DNA of 64,000 nt, from positions 393,576,001 through 393,640,000 of the forward strand of contig OZ024741.1 of NCBI GenBank assembly GCA_964016885.1. Reading direction: 5' to 3'. The notes beneath the pieces are model-generated. The model did not search any database, was not told the DNA's origin, and saw only the letters and a program-made list of their open reading frames with translations. The stretch is from Eledone cirrhosa (lineage: Eukaryota). The translations under genes and the position numbers were made by a program. Positions 1-10,729 of the stretch are shown here, one piece after another. The number at the start of each line of letters is the position of its first letter. Position 1 is the stretch's first letter.

Positions 1-835
1 TTTTAAGGTTAGATTTATGGGGTCGCCTGTTATATGGAGACTACTTTTGAGGGGCTTGAAATTCAAGCTAGAATCCAAAGTACCATATCAGAAGCAGAAG
101 CCCAACTGATCTCTAAACGAATCAATACAAAAACACAATAAATTACAGTAATTTAATCCCATTCTATGCATCAAAACACATCTTAGTAAATAAAAAAATC
201 CATAAAGAAGGCCATACAGCTCTTATAAATATTTACAATTGCTCTTTTAGTAGTATCTATCAAACTTAACTGACTAACTTAGGCTATGGTAAGGTAGACA
301 CACTTTTGGGTCAATTTTTAGTTTTAGATATGTATTTGCAATAATAGAAATTTGCCTTAAATTCATGACAATTTTGTAAGTGTTATTTCTACGTACAAGG
401 ATGACCTGTTATCCGTGGAATACTAGGATTGACTTTTTATTAAGTCTATGGAAAATTCCAGATTTTAGGGCCCAAAATAGGGGGTCAACATGTGTGTGTG
501 TGTGTGTGTTTGTGTGTGCATGTGCAAGTGTGTATAGGTTTGTATATATGTATATATGTATTAAATGTAATCTGAGTTTTTCGAATATTAATAAGAACAA
601 GATATTTCGAATATTAATAATAACATTCGATTTGTTTGCAATTATGCAAATAAGCCTCAATTTTATAGCCATGTCAGTAGAATGAACCCTTCATTCTTGC
701 TCTTGTGTTGGCATGTAAACAGAACTGCAGACACTAATGCTTCTGGGTATCACCCTTCATCAGTACAGCTCACTGTTCACCTGCCAAACTGTCAGAGCTA
801 GTGAAAATATATGCTACTTTCTAAAATACACAGTG

Positions 836-936
836 ACTGATTGGCTTGATTTATATATTAGCAGACTGGCTGATCAGTCAGATCTGCATATTAGCAGATC
901 CACTGATCAGCCAGATTTGCATATCAGCAGACTGGC
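836..936. repeat. Degenerate 33-bp tandem repeat, about 3 copies
   Basis: Unit approx. CTGATCAGTCAGATCTGCATATTAGCAGACTGG, seen as a D(Q/W)xDLxISR repeat in ORF 737..997. Confidence 0.8.
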
Positions 937-1004
937 CAGGCAATTTTCGCTCTACATGGCTGAATACAATAAATGTAAATTAGAATTGGTGCTCTGAAAT
1001 AGCG

Positions 1005-1144
1005 ATATATATATGAATGTATATATAGTGTATTTTGCAATACACTGTCGCTACTTTAAAACAATAGCGTATGGTCTTCAAAATGCTTTTAATTAAGCAT
1101 ACAGTGTATTGCAAAATACACTATATATACATTCATATATATAT
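1005..1144. repeat. Small foldback: perfect 44-bp inverted arms around a 52-bp spacer
   Basis: 1005-1048 is the exact reverse complement of 1101-1144. Both ends run into (TA)n. Confidence 0.9.
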
Positions 1145-1147
1145 ATA

Positions 1148-4100
1148 CTGTGACAGTAATATCTGCGTAAGCACCCCAATCCGGACTGCCTGGCGCTATA
1201 AAAGGCAGATTCTATGAGACACTGATCCTCACTACCTCCGAAATAACCGACAGTGACTATATAATTATTGCTGGCGACCTAAATGGTCACATTGGACAAC
1301 ATTGTGACGGCTATGATGGAATCCACGGAGGCTATGGGTTTGGTACTAGAAACGAGGAAGGCTCCAGAATCCTGGAATTCTGTGACGCAAATAACCTAAC
1401 TATCTGTAACACTAACTTCAAAAAACGAGACAATCACTTGATCACCTACAGATCGGGGGAACACACAAGCCAGGTAGATTATATCCTTACCAGGAGACGT
1501 GACAGAGTGTCTGTTGTAAACACTAAATCCCTCCCCCATGAAGAATGCACCTCCCAACATAGACTGATAATTAGCGACCTCATAGTCAGGACGAGACGTA
1601 CTCGACAACAGAAGAGGACTATCCTCAGGAGAAAAATATGGAAGCTAAAGGACCCCACAGCCAGAAATAAATTTAAAAGCATACTACTTGATGCTTTCGA
1701 CAGTAAGGAAGAGCATTTAGAGTCGTACAATATAGAGGAACAGTGGGAATTCCTGAAAGCAAACCTGCTGATGGCGGCAGATGAAGTCTGTGGCTGGAGC
1801 AGGCCTATAGGCAGGAGGAGAGTAACATGGTGGTGGAACAGTAAGGTGGAGGAGTCAATTAAGGCCAAAAAGCAGGCTTGAAAAGTATGGCGGGATGGGG
1901 GAAGTAGAGAAGACTATCAAGTGGCCAGGAGGGAAGCTAGGAGGCAAGTGTACTTCGCAAGAAGGGAAGCAGAGGAAAGAAAGTTCAAGCATGTTCTACA
2001 ACGCGAGGACCAAAAACGTGAGGTGTTCAGGATTGCTAGGCAATGTGTCAAGGAAAACCGTGATATTGTCGGGGAGAAGTGTGTCCTTAATGATGATGGT
2101 GTACTTGCCATCACTGACACTGATAAGAAGGTAGCTTGGAAGTGTCACTACGAAAGGCTACTAAATGAGGAGAATAAATGGGAGAAAGACAGTCTCCCCC
2201 ACATCGATCCAATAGAGGGACCAGCAGTGTTAGTCGAAGGTAGTATAATAAGTAAGGCATTCAAAGATATGAAGACGGGTAAGGCGGCTGGGCCTTCAGA
2301 AATAGTTGCTGAAATACTGAAAGCTTCTGGAACGGTGGGACACACCATGGTCACCCGGAGAGTAAACCAAGTCATACAGAATGGGGTTGTTCCGAAGGAC
2401 TGGCGTAGCAGCATCATCATTAACTGTTACAAGGGTAAAGGAGATGCCCTAGATAGGAGTAACTATAGAGGCATTAAATTAATCGACCAGGTCATGAAGG
2501 TCACAGAAAAAGTAATAGCGCAACTAATCAGAGAGAGAATTGATCTAGATGAAATGCAGTTCGGGTTTGTGTCAGGTAAAAGTACCACAGATGCTCTTTT
2601 CATTGTACGACAACTACAGGAGAAGTACCTAGCTAAAAGTAAACCCCTATACTTAGCCTTTGTCGACTTGGAGAAAGCCTTCGACAGAGTCCCCCCGTTC
2701 CATTATCTGGTGGGCTCTTAGAAAACTAGGTGTTGATGAATGGCTTGTGAGAGCTATACAAGCCATGTATAAAGAAACAGTCAGCAAGGTTAGAATTAAC
2801 AATGAATATAGTGAAGAGTTTAGCATAAAAGTTGGTGTTCATCAGGGCTCCTTTCTTAGCCCCCTACTATTTATTATTGCCCTTCAGGCTATAACAGTGG
2901 AGTTCAAGACCGGCTTCCCATGGGAACTCATATACGTAGATGATCTAACGCTCATAGCTGAATCAATGGCCGAACTAGAGAAGAAATTTCAAACATGGAA
3001 GCATGGCCTAGAGTCAAAAGGCCTTAAAATTAACCTGTCTAAGACTAAAGTTCTAGTTTGTAGGAAGGAAAATAGGGCACCGGTCCTATCCGGGAAATGG
3101 CCATGCCCAGTGTGTAGGAAAGGTGTAGGTAGAAACTCCATTTTATGTCCCAAATGCAAAGTATGAGTGCATAAAAGATGTAGTGGGATCACAGGTAAGC
3201 TAACTAAGAACATAGATTTTATATGTGGCCGGTGCTCTGGTGCAATAAGTAGCAGCAAGTGCCCACAGAATACTAGCTCATTCCATTGCACAGATGGTTC
3301 TATAGAAATAGTGGACACCTAACGTTACTTGGGTGACAAAATCAGCAGTGGTGGAGGGTGCTCTGAAAGTACAGTAGCTAGAGTCAGAACTAGATGGAAA
3401 AAGTTCAGAGAGCTTATACCACTATTAGTCGCTAAAGCGTTCTCTCTAAAAATGAAAGGCAGGCTGTATGATGCCTGCATACGAACAGCAATGTTACATG
3501 GCAGTGAGACCTGGGCATTGTGTGCAGAGAAACGAAGCTTGCATGCTCCGCTGGATGTGTAATAGTAATATACGTGAACGGCAAAGCATAAACGAACTAA
3601 GGGAGAAATTAGGAATAAGAGAGATCAGATGTTGTTTACCCGAGAGAAGGCTACGTTGGTACAGCTGTATAAAAAAGTGCAAGGCAATAAAAATAGACGG
3701 TAGCCACGGAGTAGGCAGACCCAGAAAAACCTGGGACGACTTGATAAATTCCGACCTCACACTTACACCTCTCCAAGACAATGTCACTGGACCGAGATCT
3801 TTCGCGCTACACAGTTATACAGAAGACCCGCCTTGCCTAAGTACAAAGCAAAACCTACAGTCTGTAGGCACCTCTAACAAAATACACCCCCCGTCCCACT
3901 ACCCCATCCACACCACCCCTTAAATGTGAAGTAATGTTGGTACCACAACATCCAGTCCGAAACAAATGAGGTCGTGTAGGTGTCATGACAAAAAAACACA
4001 CAGTCCACGCTGTAATATGGCCGTGTAGGTAACACGGTAAAAACCTCCCAGTCCACACTGTAAACGTGGTTGGTGTTAGGAAGGGCATCCAGCCATAGAA

Positions 4101-4220
4101 AACCCGCCAGACAGTCCTATACAAGCAGGACAACCAATCTTGCCTCAAGTGGGAAAACTCCCATCCAAACCCATGCAAGCGTGGAAGATGGACGTTAAAC
4201 GATGATGATGATGATGATGA
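1148..4220 (+). mobile_element. RTE-clade LINE, 5'-truncated, frameshifted (APE + RT + Cys-rich C-terminus)
   Basis: APE motifs (AGDLNGH, SQVDYIL, SQHRL), RT motifs (QFGF, AFVDLEKAFDRV, GVHQGS.LSPLLF, YVDDL), CPVC..CPKC motif, (GAT)n tail. Confidence 0.93.
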
Positions 4221-4245
4221 TATATATATATATATATATATATAT

Positions 4246-4420
4246 CATCATCATCATCGTTTAACGTCCATCTTCCACGCTTGCATAGGTTTGGACGGGA
4301 GTTGTCCCACTTGAGGCAAGATTGGTTGTCTTGCTCGTATAGGACTGTCTGGCGGGTTTTCTACGACTGGATGCCCTTCCTAACACCAACCACGTTTACA
4401 GTGTGGACCGGGAGGTTTTT
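4246..4420 (-). mobile_element. Inverted copy of the RTE 3' end (tail-to-tail with preceding LINE)
   Basis: Reverse complement of about 4040-4220, separated by (TA)n. Confidence 0.9.
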
Positions 4421-4459
4421 ATATATATATATACATACATACATACATACATACATAGT

Positions 4460-5052
4460 GGCTGCCAACTCGTTTTCGAGTACGGCCACTACTTTATATC
4501 CATGTAGGAGAACCCCTACCGATGCGCTGAACGAGTGTGACTTTTTAGTCCAGCCAGCGACTTGAAAACTCTGGTACAAACACTACACTTGTGACAATTA
4601 TTGACACATAGTGCTGGGCCCATGGTACAATGTGACGACAAGTGCAGAGAGATTTCCAGATATAAAGCAATGCCTGTGCCATGAAGCTTTTATAGTGAGC
4701 AAAGGCATTGCACAAAGCCAGTCCCACTCTCTTAACCAAGATGATATTTACCAAAAAGAAGAACAAGTCAACATCATTGGATACCATCAGGGTTGCAGGT
4801 GTTATATCAGAGTTTTCCTTCTCCTAGAATTCTGCCTTGACAAAGGCTAAGGGGTCATCTCTCCCGGTGATTTTGGATGGCCATTGACTCTTAAGAGCTC
4901 CTTTGCCCCTTTGACAGGTTTTGTTTTTAGTCCTGCAGGATGTCCAAAGTCACCCTCCTCACCAAGAAACCTTGGTGGGGTTGCCAGTTTAGTCGCCAAC
5001 GACCCGACCATGAGACAGGTTGTACTGGGATACATGTTACCAGTAGCACCAA

Positions 5053-5055
<3 letters not shown>
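4460..5055 (-). mobile_element. RTE 5'UTR-like dispersed repeat
   Basis: Minus strand contains ctaggagaaggaaaactctgatataacacc. Related sequence lies at about 18480-18800, 27010-27125 and in the 5' region of the RTE at 27520. Confidence 0.55.
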
Positions 5056-5094
<39 letters not shown>

Positions 5095-5270
5095 GCTAAA
5101 AAGGCTTGAGCTCTGCTCTCGGGGTCATATTTTTTCCTATTTCCCACTCTACTACCCTAAGTATTGAGTACTCTGGTGCGTTATGGTCCATCTGGTTCCT
5201 TACCACATTTACTTTGTTATATATATATATATATAAGTAAGTATGTTTTGAAACAGTGAGCGAGTTTGAA

Positions 5271-5474
5271 ATTAGAAAATATATAGCTTTCACCGTATTT
5301 TTAACTAAAGGAATTTTAGTTTGATAACGGGGTTTAGAACCCTCAGATAAATGGAAAAAGATGAGTATTGACGTCAATACTCATCTTTTTCCATTTATCT
5401 GAGGGTTCTAAACCCCGTTATCAAGCTAAAATTCCTTTAGTTAAAAATATGGTGAAAGCTATATATTTTCTAAT
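5271..5474. repeat. 204-bp loopless palindrome between (TA)n tracts
   Basis: 102-bp arms centred on GACGTC at 5372/5373, only two mismatches seen. Confidence 0.95.
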
Positions 5475-5698
5475 ATATATATATATATATACTTATGTAT
5501 AATGGTAGCTATGGTGCTTCCATAGGCAGTATGCCAAAATTAGCACTGAATATTCAACAGAGTAGAGTGTGTAGGAACCTGCAGCCGTAGAATCAGCCAG
5601 ATCCATACAGGGACCATATCTCGATCTACCTGCCGGCGAAACAATTGTAACACACAATAAATTGAGTCCAGATGCATCACTGATTTTTGGTTTTTTTA

Positions 5699-5765
<67 letters not shown>

Positions 5766-6032
5766 AATTCAAGGGTAAGATATTGCCTAGATAAATGTAT
5801 CCACATTATGCGTTTTTGTACGAATAAGAAGATCTAAGGGAAAAGATGCTATAAGATCGATTGTTACTATCCACACACATACATATATATATATATACAG
5901 AGATACATTGCCAAAGAAAAATCGGATAGCAAGCCAAAGAACTTACTTAATAATGGTAAAATTTCAATTATTTTCGAATTGGAAAGCAAGAAATAAAACT
6001 TACTTAATAATGGTAAAACTCCAAGATTTCAG

Positions 6033-6112
6033 TATTTTATACAACACTGTTTCATGAGTGGAAAATAGATTGGCAAAACTATAAGATGAAACACTCAATT
6101 ATCAGTAGACAT
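6033..6112 (-). ncRNA. Degenerate type I hammerhead ribozyme motif
   Basis: CTGATAA (core mutated) - TGAGTG...CACTCA - T GAAA CA GTGT TG TA. Stem I is decayed. Confidence 0.4.
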
Positions 6113-6289
6113 TTTTATCTTACTAAATACAATATATGACTCATCTCCATATCTTCAAAACAGGTTTTGAATGCACATGGAGAGGGAACGTAATAATATG
6201 AGGATACAGACGGGCCACCAGAAATATCAGTGTGTCTACAAAGAATCAGCTCTACAAACATTTACTGTTAGGATCAGACAATATGATTA

Positions 6290-7610
6290 ATTACTTCACA
6301 TATTAATCAATACTTTAGTGCATTGTCAGGACCAGGTATGCAGATACTATTGCATCTAAATTCAGAGAACTCCCTCAGCAAACTGAGCACATTGAGACGA
6401 GTAGAGATTGTTTAGCGCAGCAGTTTGTGCATCAGCTGTCAAGTGCTACTGATGAAAGAGGCTTGCATTGGCGCTGGATGGCAGGCAGGAGAACCCCTTA
6501 GTTCAATCAAGAGGTGAAAGATGCCATCTGAGCAAAGAAGAAGGTTTACAAAGCTTGGCTTAGAAAAAAGTACCCCCTTCTTGCACTTGCGGTACAAGCA
6601 GGGAAGAAGAATCGCAGCAGAGACAGTAAAGGTGGCGAAAGTTAAGACATGAGAGGTCTTTGGGGTTAAGCTGGAATCCAACTTCAGATCAGTAAATAAA
6701 GTGTTCTGGCAGACCATCCAAACAGTGTGGTGCCATTTTCGCCTTGGATGCAGAGCAGCTGACCAAATATTTACACTGCGGCAGATATTCGAGAAACTGG
6801 GAGTATTGTCAAGAGGTATATTTTTGTTTTGTCAACCTTGAAAAGGCATATGACCACATTCCTCGGGACCTGCTGTTGGAGGCTCTGCAGGAGTATGGGA
6901 TCAATGGTCAGCTCCTTGCTACCCTGATGTCTCTATACAAATTCCCAACTATTTGTGCTTGGATAAATGGTGCTAAATTGAAACTATTCAATCTGGGAGT
7001 CAGACTCCACCAAGCGTGCATATTGTCACCTCTCCTGTTCAGTATTTACATGAACAGGATTAATGTCCTTTCAAGGAAGCTTGTGCAATGCACTCTACAT
7101 GTAAATGGAGTTCCACTGAAGCAGGTAGAGAAGTTCAAGTATCTTGGGGCAATGTTCACCAGTAATGAAAGGCAGAAAGCTGAATTAAGTACAAGAATTG
7201 CAGGGGCTGGTGCAGTAATGTGCCAGCTTCAGCATTCAGTAATCAGAAGAAGGGAGGTAGGTGTAAAAGCCAAACTCGCTATCTTCAATTCAGTATTTGT
7301 GCCACCCCTTACCTATGGTCATGAATCTTGTGTAATGACCGAAAGAAAACAATTGCAAACACAAGCGGCCAAAATGGGGTTCCTCTGAAGGGTTTTCAGA
7401 GTAACGTTACTTGATAGTGGGCATAGCTCAGAGATCAGACAGTCACTCCAGTTAGAGCGGCTACTTCTCCGAATTGAGAGATCACAGCTCTGATACTATG
7501 GGCATGTGGTTAGAATGTCTCAGGAAAGAATCGCTGGACAGATTTCATGGGCAAAACCAACCAGCAAAAGACTTAGGGGTAGACCCCAAGTAAGATGGTT
7601 CGATAACATA
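6290..7610 (+). mobile_element. Decayed RTE-type LINE (RT and C-terminal region)
   Basis: FVNLEKAYD, LHQACILSPLLF, KFKYLG, LTYGHES, GRPQVRWFD. Same family as 9470-9790 and 53885-54400. Confidence 0.8.
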
Positions 7611-7619
7611 TACATCACA

Positions 7620-8375
7620 GATTTCATGCACCAGGACAGAACAGATTGTGATTTTATGCCTTGGTTCCTGTTTCCACAATGGACTCAACCCCCCTCCCCA
7701 ATTTCTTTAATCTTACACACATATGTTTATTCTTATTTCTCTACCCCTTGCCACCATCACGTTTACCCTGTCCATTGTCACACACATGTGCATACATTCC
7801 TATGGCTCTTATGGTCAGATACATACACTCTTACAGCTTATATAGACCAACAAAATACTCACACCTCTATATTTACCTTCACAGTTCTGTACACACACCC
7901 TTATATACACATACTTTTGCTCATGGCTTCGTACTTACAAGCACGCAGACACATTCTTTTACTTACATATGTGCACACATATCTTCTTAGGTTTGTACCA
8001 ACGTATAATAACACACACACACACATGCATCCGCACGTACACACACATAACTCTATATTCAAAACGTATTTTTTTCCCTGTCAGGTAGAAGCGCTCCATC
8101 ATGTACTTTTCTAAAAAAATATATCATACACAAAACGCCAGCATCAACAGTTTTCCAAGAGATGGCAACATGAATGGACCTGTTATTTTGCCCTAAAAGA
8201 TTTTTTCCAATTCCGCCCTGCCCGTCCCCTCAATCTTTCTAATTTGTCATTCTTTCTTCTGATGAAGGACTAGCGTCTGAAATGTTAAGACCCTCTTCCT
8301 GCTATTTCAAGCGTTAAACTAATATATTTCTTCCATATACTGTACCATATGTGTTATTTCTGTTTACCTTTTACA
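7620..8375 (+). mobile_element. Penelope-derived non-autonomous element with terminal hammerhead
   Basis: 3' about 300 bp closely matches 54640-55070. Residual RWQHEW.CYF.LK.FFP resembles a GIY-YIG C-terminus. HHR at 8255. Confidence 0.6.
8255..8290 (+). ncRNA. Minimal type I hammerhead ribozyme motif
   Basis: TCTT CTGATGA A GGAC tagc GTCT GAAA TGT TA AGA. Confidence 0.65.
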
Positions 8376-9469
8376 TATATATTATAATATCATCATCACC
8401 TTTTTACGTCCATTTTTCCAGACTAGGTTAGATGAGTTGTCCCGTTGTGGGCAATGCTAGGTCAGGTGATCATGTCTTGCTCATACAGATCTGATTTTGG
8501 TCTGGTTTCTGCAGCTGGATGCCCTTACATGAACCTTATAGCAGTGTGTTCAGTGTGCTTTTATTGTGTAGATCAGCAGTATGGAGGCTGACATGCTCTT
8601 GACACACCAAAAGCATCCTCCCAACTCTTTGTTTAGCAAGCTTTCTACAGCTGGATCAACCACTTTACAGTGTGTACTGGGTGCATTTATCATGTTGATC
8701 ACCAAACACTAGGGAGGTTGTGTCTTTGACACAACTAAAGTGTCCTCTCAGCCCTTTTAGGCATGGTTTCTACATTGGGGTGCTCCTCCTATCACCAACC
8801 ACCTAAGTTTTTGTAATATCTCATTAATATTCTATTGTGGTAGGATGGAAGAAAATGTTCAAAGGCAATTTATTACATAGGGGCATCATTTACCCTTTGT
8901 AACTTTCTTCATGTGTTTTTCTTAACATAGCTTTAATCCTTATTTTTGGAAATTTCAATATGGCACTCTGTTATATTGAAATTTATCTACAAGATTTTTA
9001 CGAGAAACAAAATTGATATCTCAGTTTTGTTTTCCCCATTCACTATTATTAATAGAAGATCCATTTTTCATGCTGATTGATTGATAAGTATTTGAATTTA
9101 GGTCTCTAGCAAGAACTTTCAATGATTCAAGTTTATCTCTTTGAAAGATATCCTTTTCTTCATTTTTCCTATTCGAGATGCCCATTATGATTATCATGTT
9201 TAATACTATGATAACATTTTAAAACTTGATACCATGATTATGTGTTGAGGAATATAATAGAATGTTTAATTTCTAAAAATGTTATATGCAGAAAGGAAGA
9301 TCATAAAGTAGAAAAGGAATGAACTTCTTTCTTGGCTTTGCCTAAATTTACCTTGATATAATACATATAAATAAAATCTGCCAAGCATTTCAATGGAAAG
9401 TAAACCTTTGAGAAATATTCCATGATTAGGAGAAAAAATTAATTCATTGTGTAATTCAGACACCACAAT

Positions 9470-9790
9470 TTCTTCTTCTTCTTCTTCTTCTTCTTCTTCT
9501 TCTTCTTCTTCTTCTTCTTCTTCTTCCAGCGAGTCCTGTCAGAAGCAACCATCTTCAACAGATCCAGCTGGATCCCCCAAAAGAGACCAGCTGAGCTCAT
9601 GGATGTTATCCAGCCATCTTGCTGGGTCTCCTACTGGTTGGTTTTTACCCATAAAATCTGTCCAGTGATACTTTCCAGAGACATTCTAACCACATGCCTG
9701 TAGTATTGGAGCTGTGATCTCTCAATTCAGAGAAGTAGCAGCTCTATCTGGAGTGATTCTCTAATTTCTGAGCTACACACTTTCCTGTAG
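9470..9790 (-). mobile_element. RTE 3' end with (GAA)n tail
   Basis: (CTT)n at 9470-9525 followed by the reverse complement of the family seen at 54060-54400. Confidence 0.7.
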
Positions 9791-9864
9791 AATAATAAAT
9801 TAATTTAAACCCATGCTAGCGTGAAGAGTGGATGTTAAATGATGATGATGATGATCAGAAATAA

Positions 9865-10045
9865 TTTGTTTCTACTTTTGGCACAAGGCCAGCAATTACC
9901 CAGTACATTACTGGTACTTTATTTTATCGACCCCGTAAGGATGAAAGGCAAAGTTAACCTTGGCGGGATTTTAACTCAGATCATAAAGGGGCATAACTCT
10001 ATGCTACAAAGCATGGCGTCCGACTCTCTACTGATACTGCCAATC
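9865..10045 (-). mobile_element. tRNA-derived SINE with Deu/Nin-type core
   Basis: Core gcctttcatccttacggggtcgataaaataaagtaccag. Further copies at about 20660-20870(+), 37280-37415(-), 43790-43945(-), 44355-44545(+), 47630-47730(-), 50840-51005(+), 62915-62990(+). Confidence 0.8.
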
Positions 10046-10359
10046 CATCAGAAATAATATACACAATATATCTTTGATAATTTCAGAATGCTTTCTTTAA
10101 ATTTCATGATCAATTTTTCTGTTAATTTTAAATGTAAGTTGTGGTTAGACATCTCGAAAAGAAAATTAAAAGCTTACTTTTAGATTTTTTAAAACCTATA
10201 ACATGAGTGCAGAATTATGATTATTACACAGTGTGAAATAGAGTAACATTTAAAGATATATTTTATATATTAGATATTTAAACAAAAGATTACAAAGGAA
10301 AGAATTGAAAAGATATTCTTGTACCATCAAATATTTTAGTTGGAATGAAATTTACTCAC

Positions 10360-10434
10360 CAAAACCAAAACGACAACAGCAAAAGAGTAGTAAATTGAAT
10401 CTCTGCAAAGGGGCCACCATGACAAAGACACAGC
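10360..10434 (-). CDS. SLC24A: SLC24/NCKX exon (75 nt)
   Basis: Acceptor ttgtag, donor gtgagt. Translates AVSLSWWPLCRDSIYYSFAVVVLVL (NCKX L.WWPL.RD..YY motif). Confidence 0.95.
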
Positions 10435-10729
10435 CTACAAATAATAAAACTTCTTAGTATAAGCCATTAATCTCCATAATTTCTAAAATATATGTAAGCT
10501 AGCATAATTACATTACAATACAAAGAAAACTAGCAATATAAGTTTTAAGTTATGATATTCACAGATGTATGTATATATATCATCATCAAAGACAAGGCTG
10601 TGATACTGTTCAATTAAAGAAATTCAAATATGGCGGAGCATTTGGAAACCCAGCTATCCAAAGAAGGTAACAAAGGGAAATGGCAGAAATCAGGCAGTGA
10701 TTTTGACGACAATTTTAGGGAACAAAGTG

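Noticed and set aside
4790-5055. HDV-like ribozyme in RTE 5'UTR-like repeat
   Set aside because: Plausible for RTE elements in general, but I could not fit the double-pseudoknot consensus by eye.
5399-5462. Possible hammerhead in the palindrome arm (CTGAGGG...GAAAGCTA)
   Set aside because: Core does not match CUGANGA and no stem I pairing was found.
9200-9466. Candidate next SLC24 exon (hydrophobic ORF 9266..9466, nearby WY motif)
   Set aside because: No convincing NCKX similarity or splice sites. No further upstream or downstream exons were identified by eye, and small ones may have been missed.
9447-9668. Poly-Ser ORF (and poly-Glu ORF at 54147-54437)
   Set aside because: (GAA)n tails of RTE elements.
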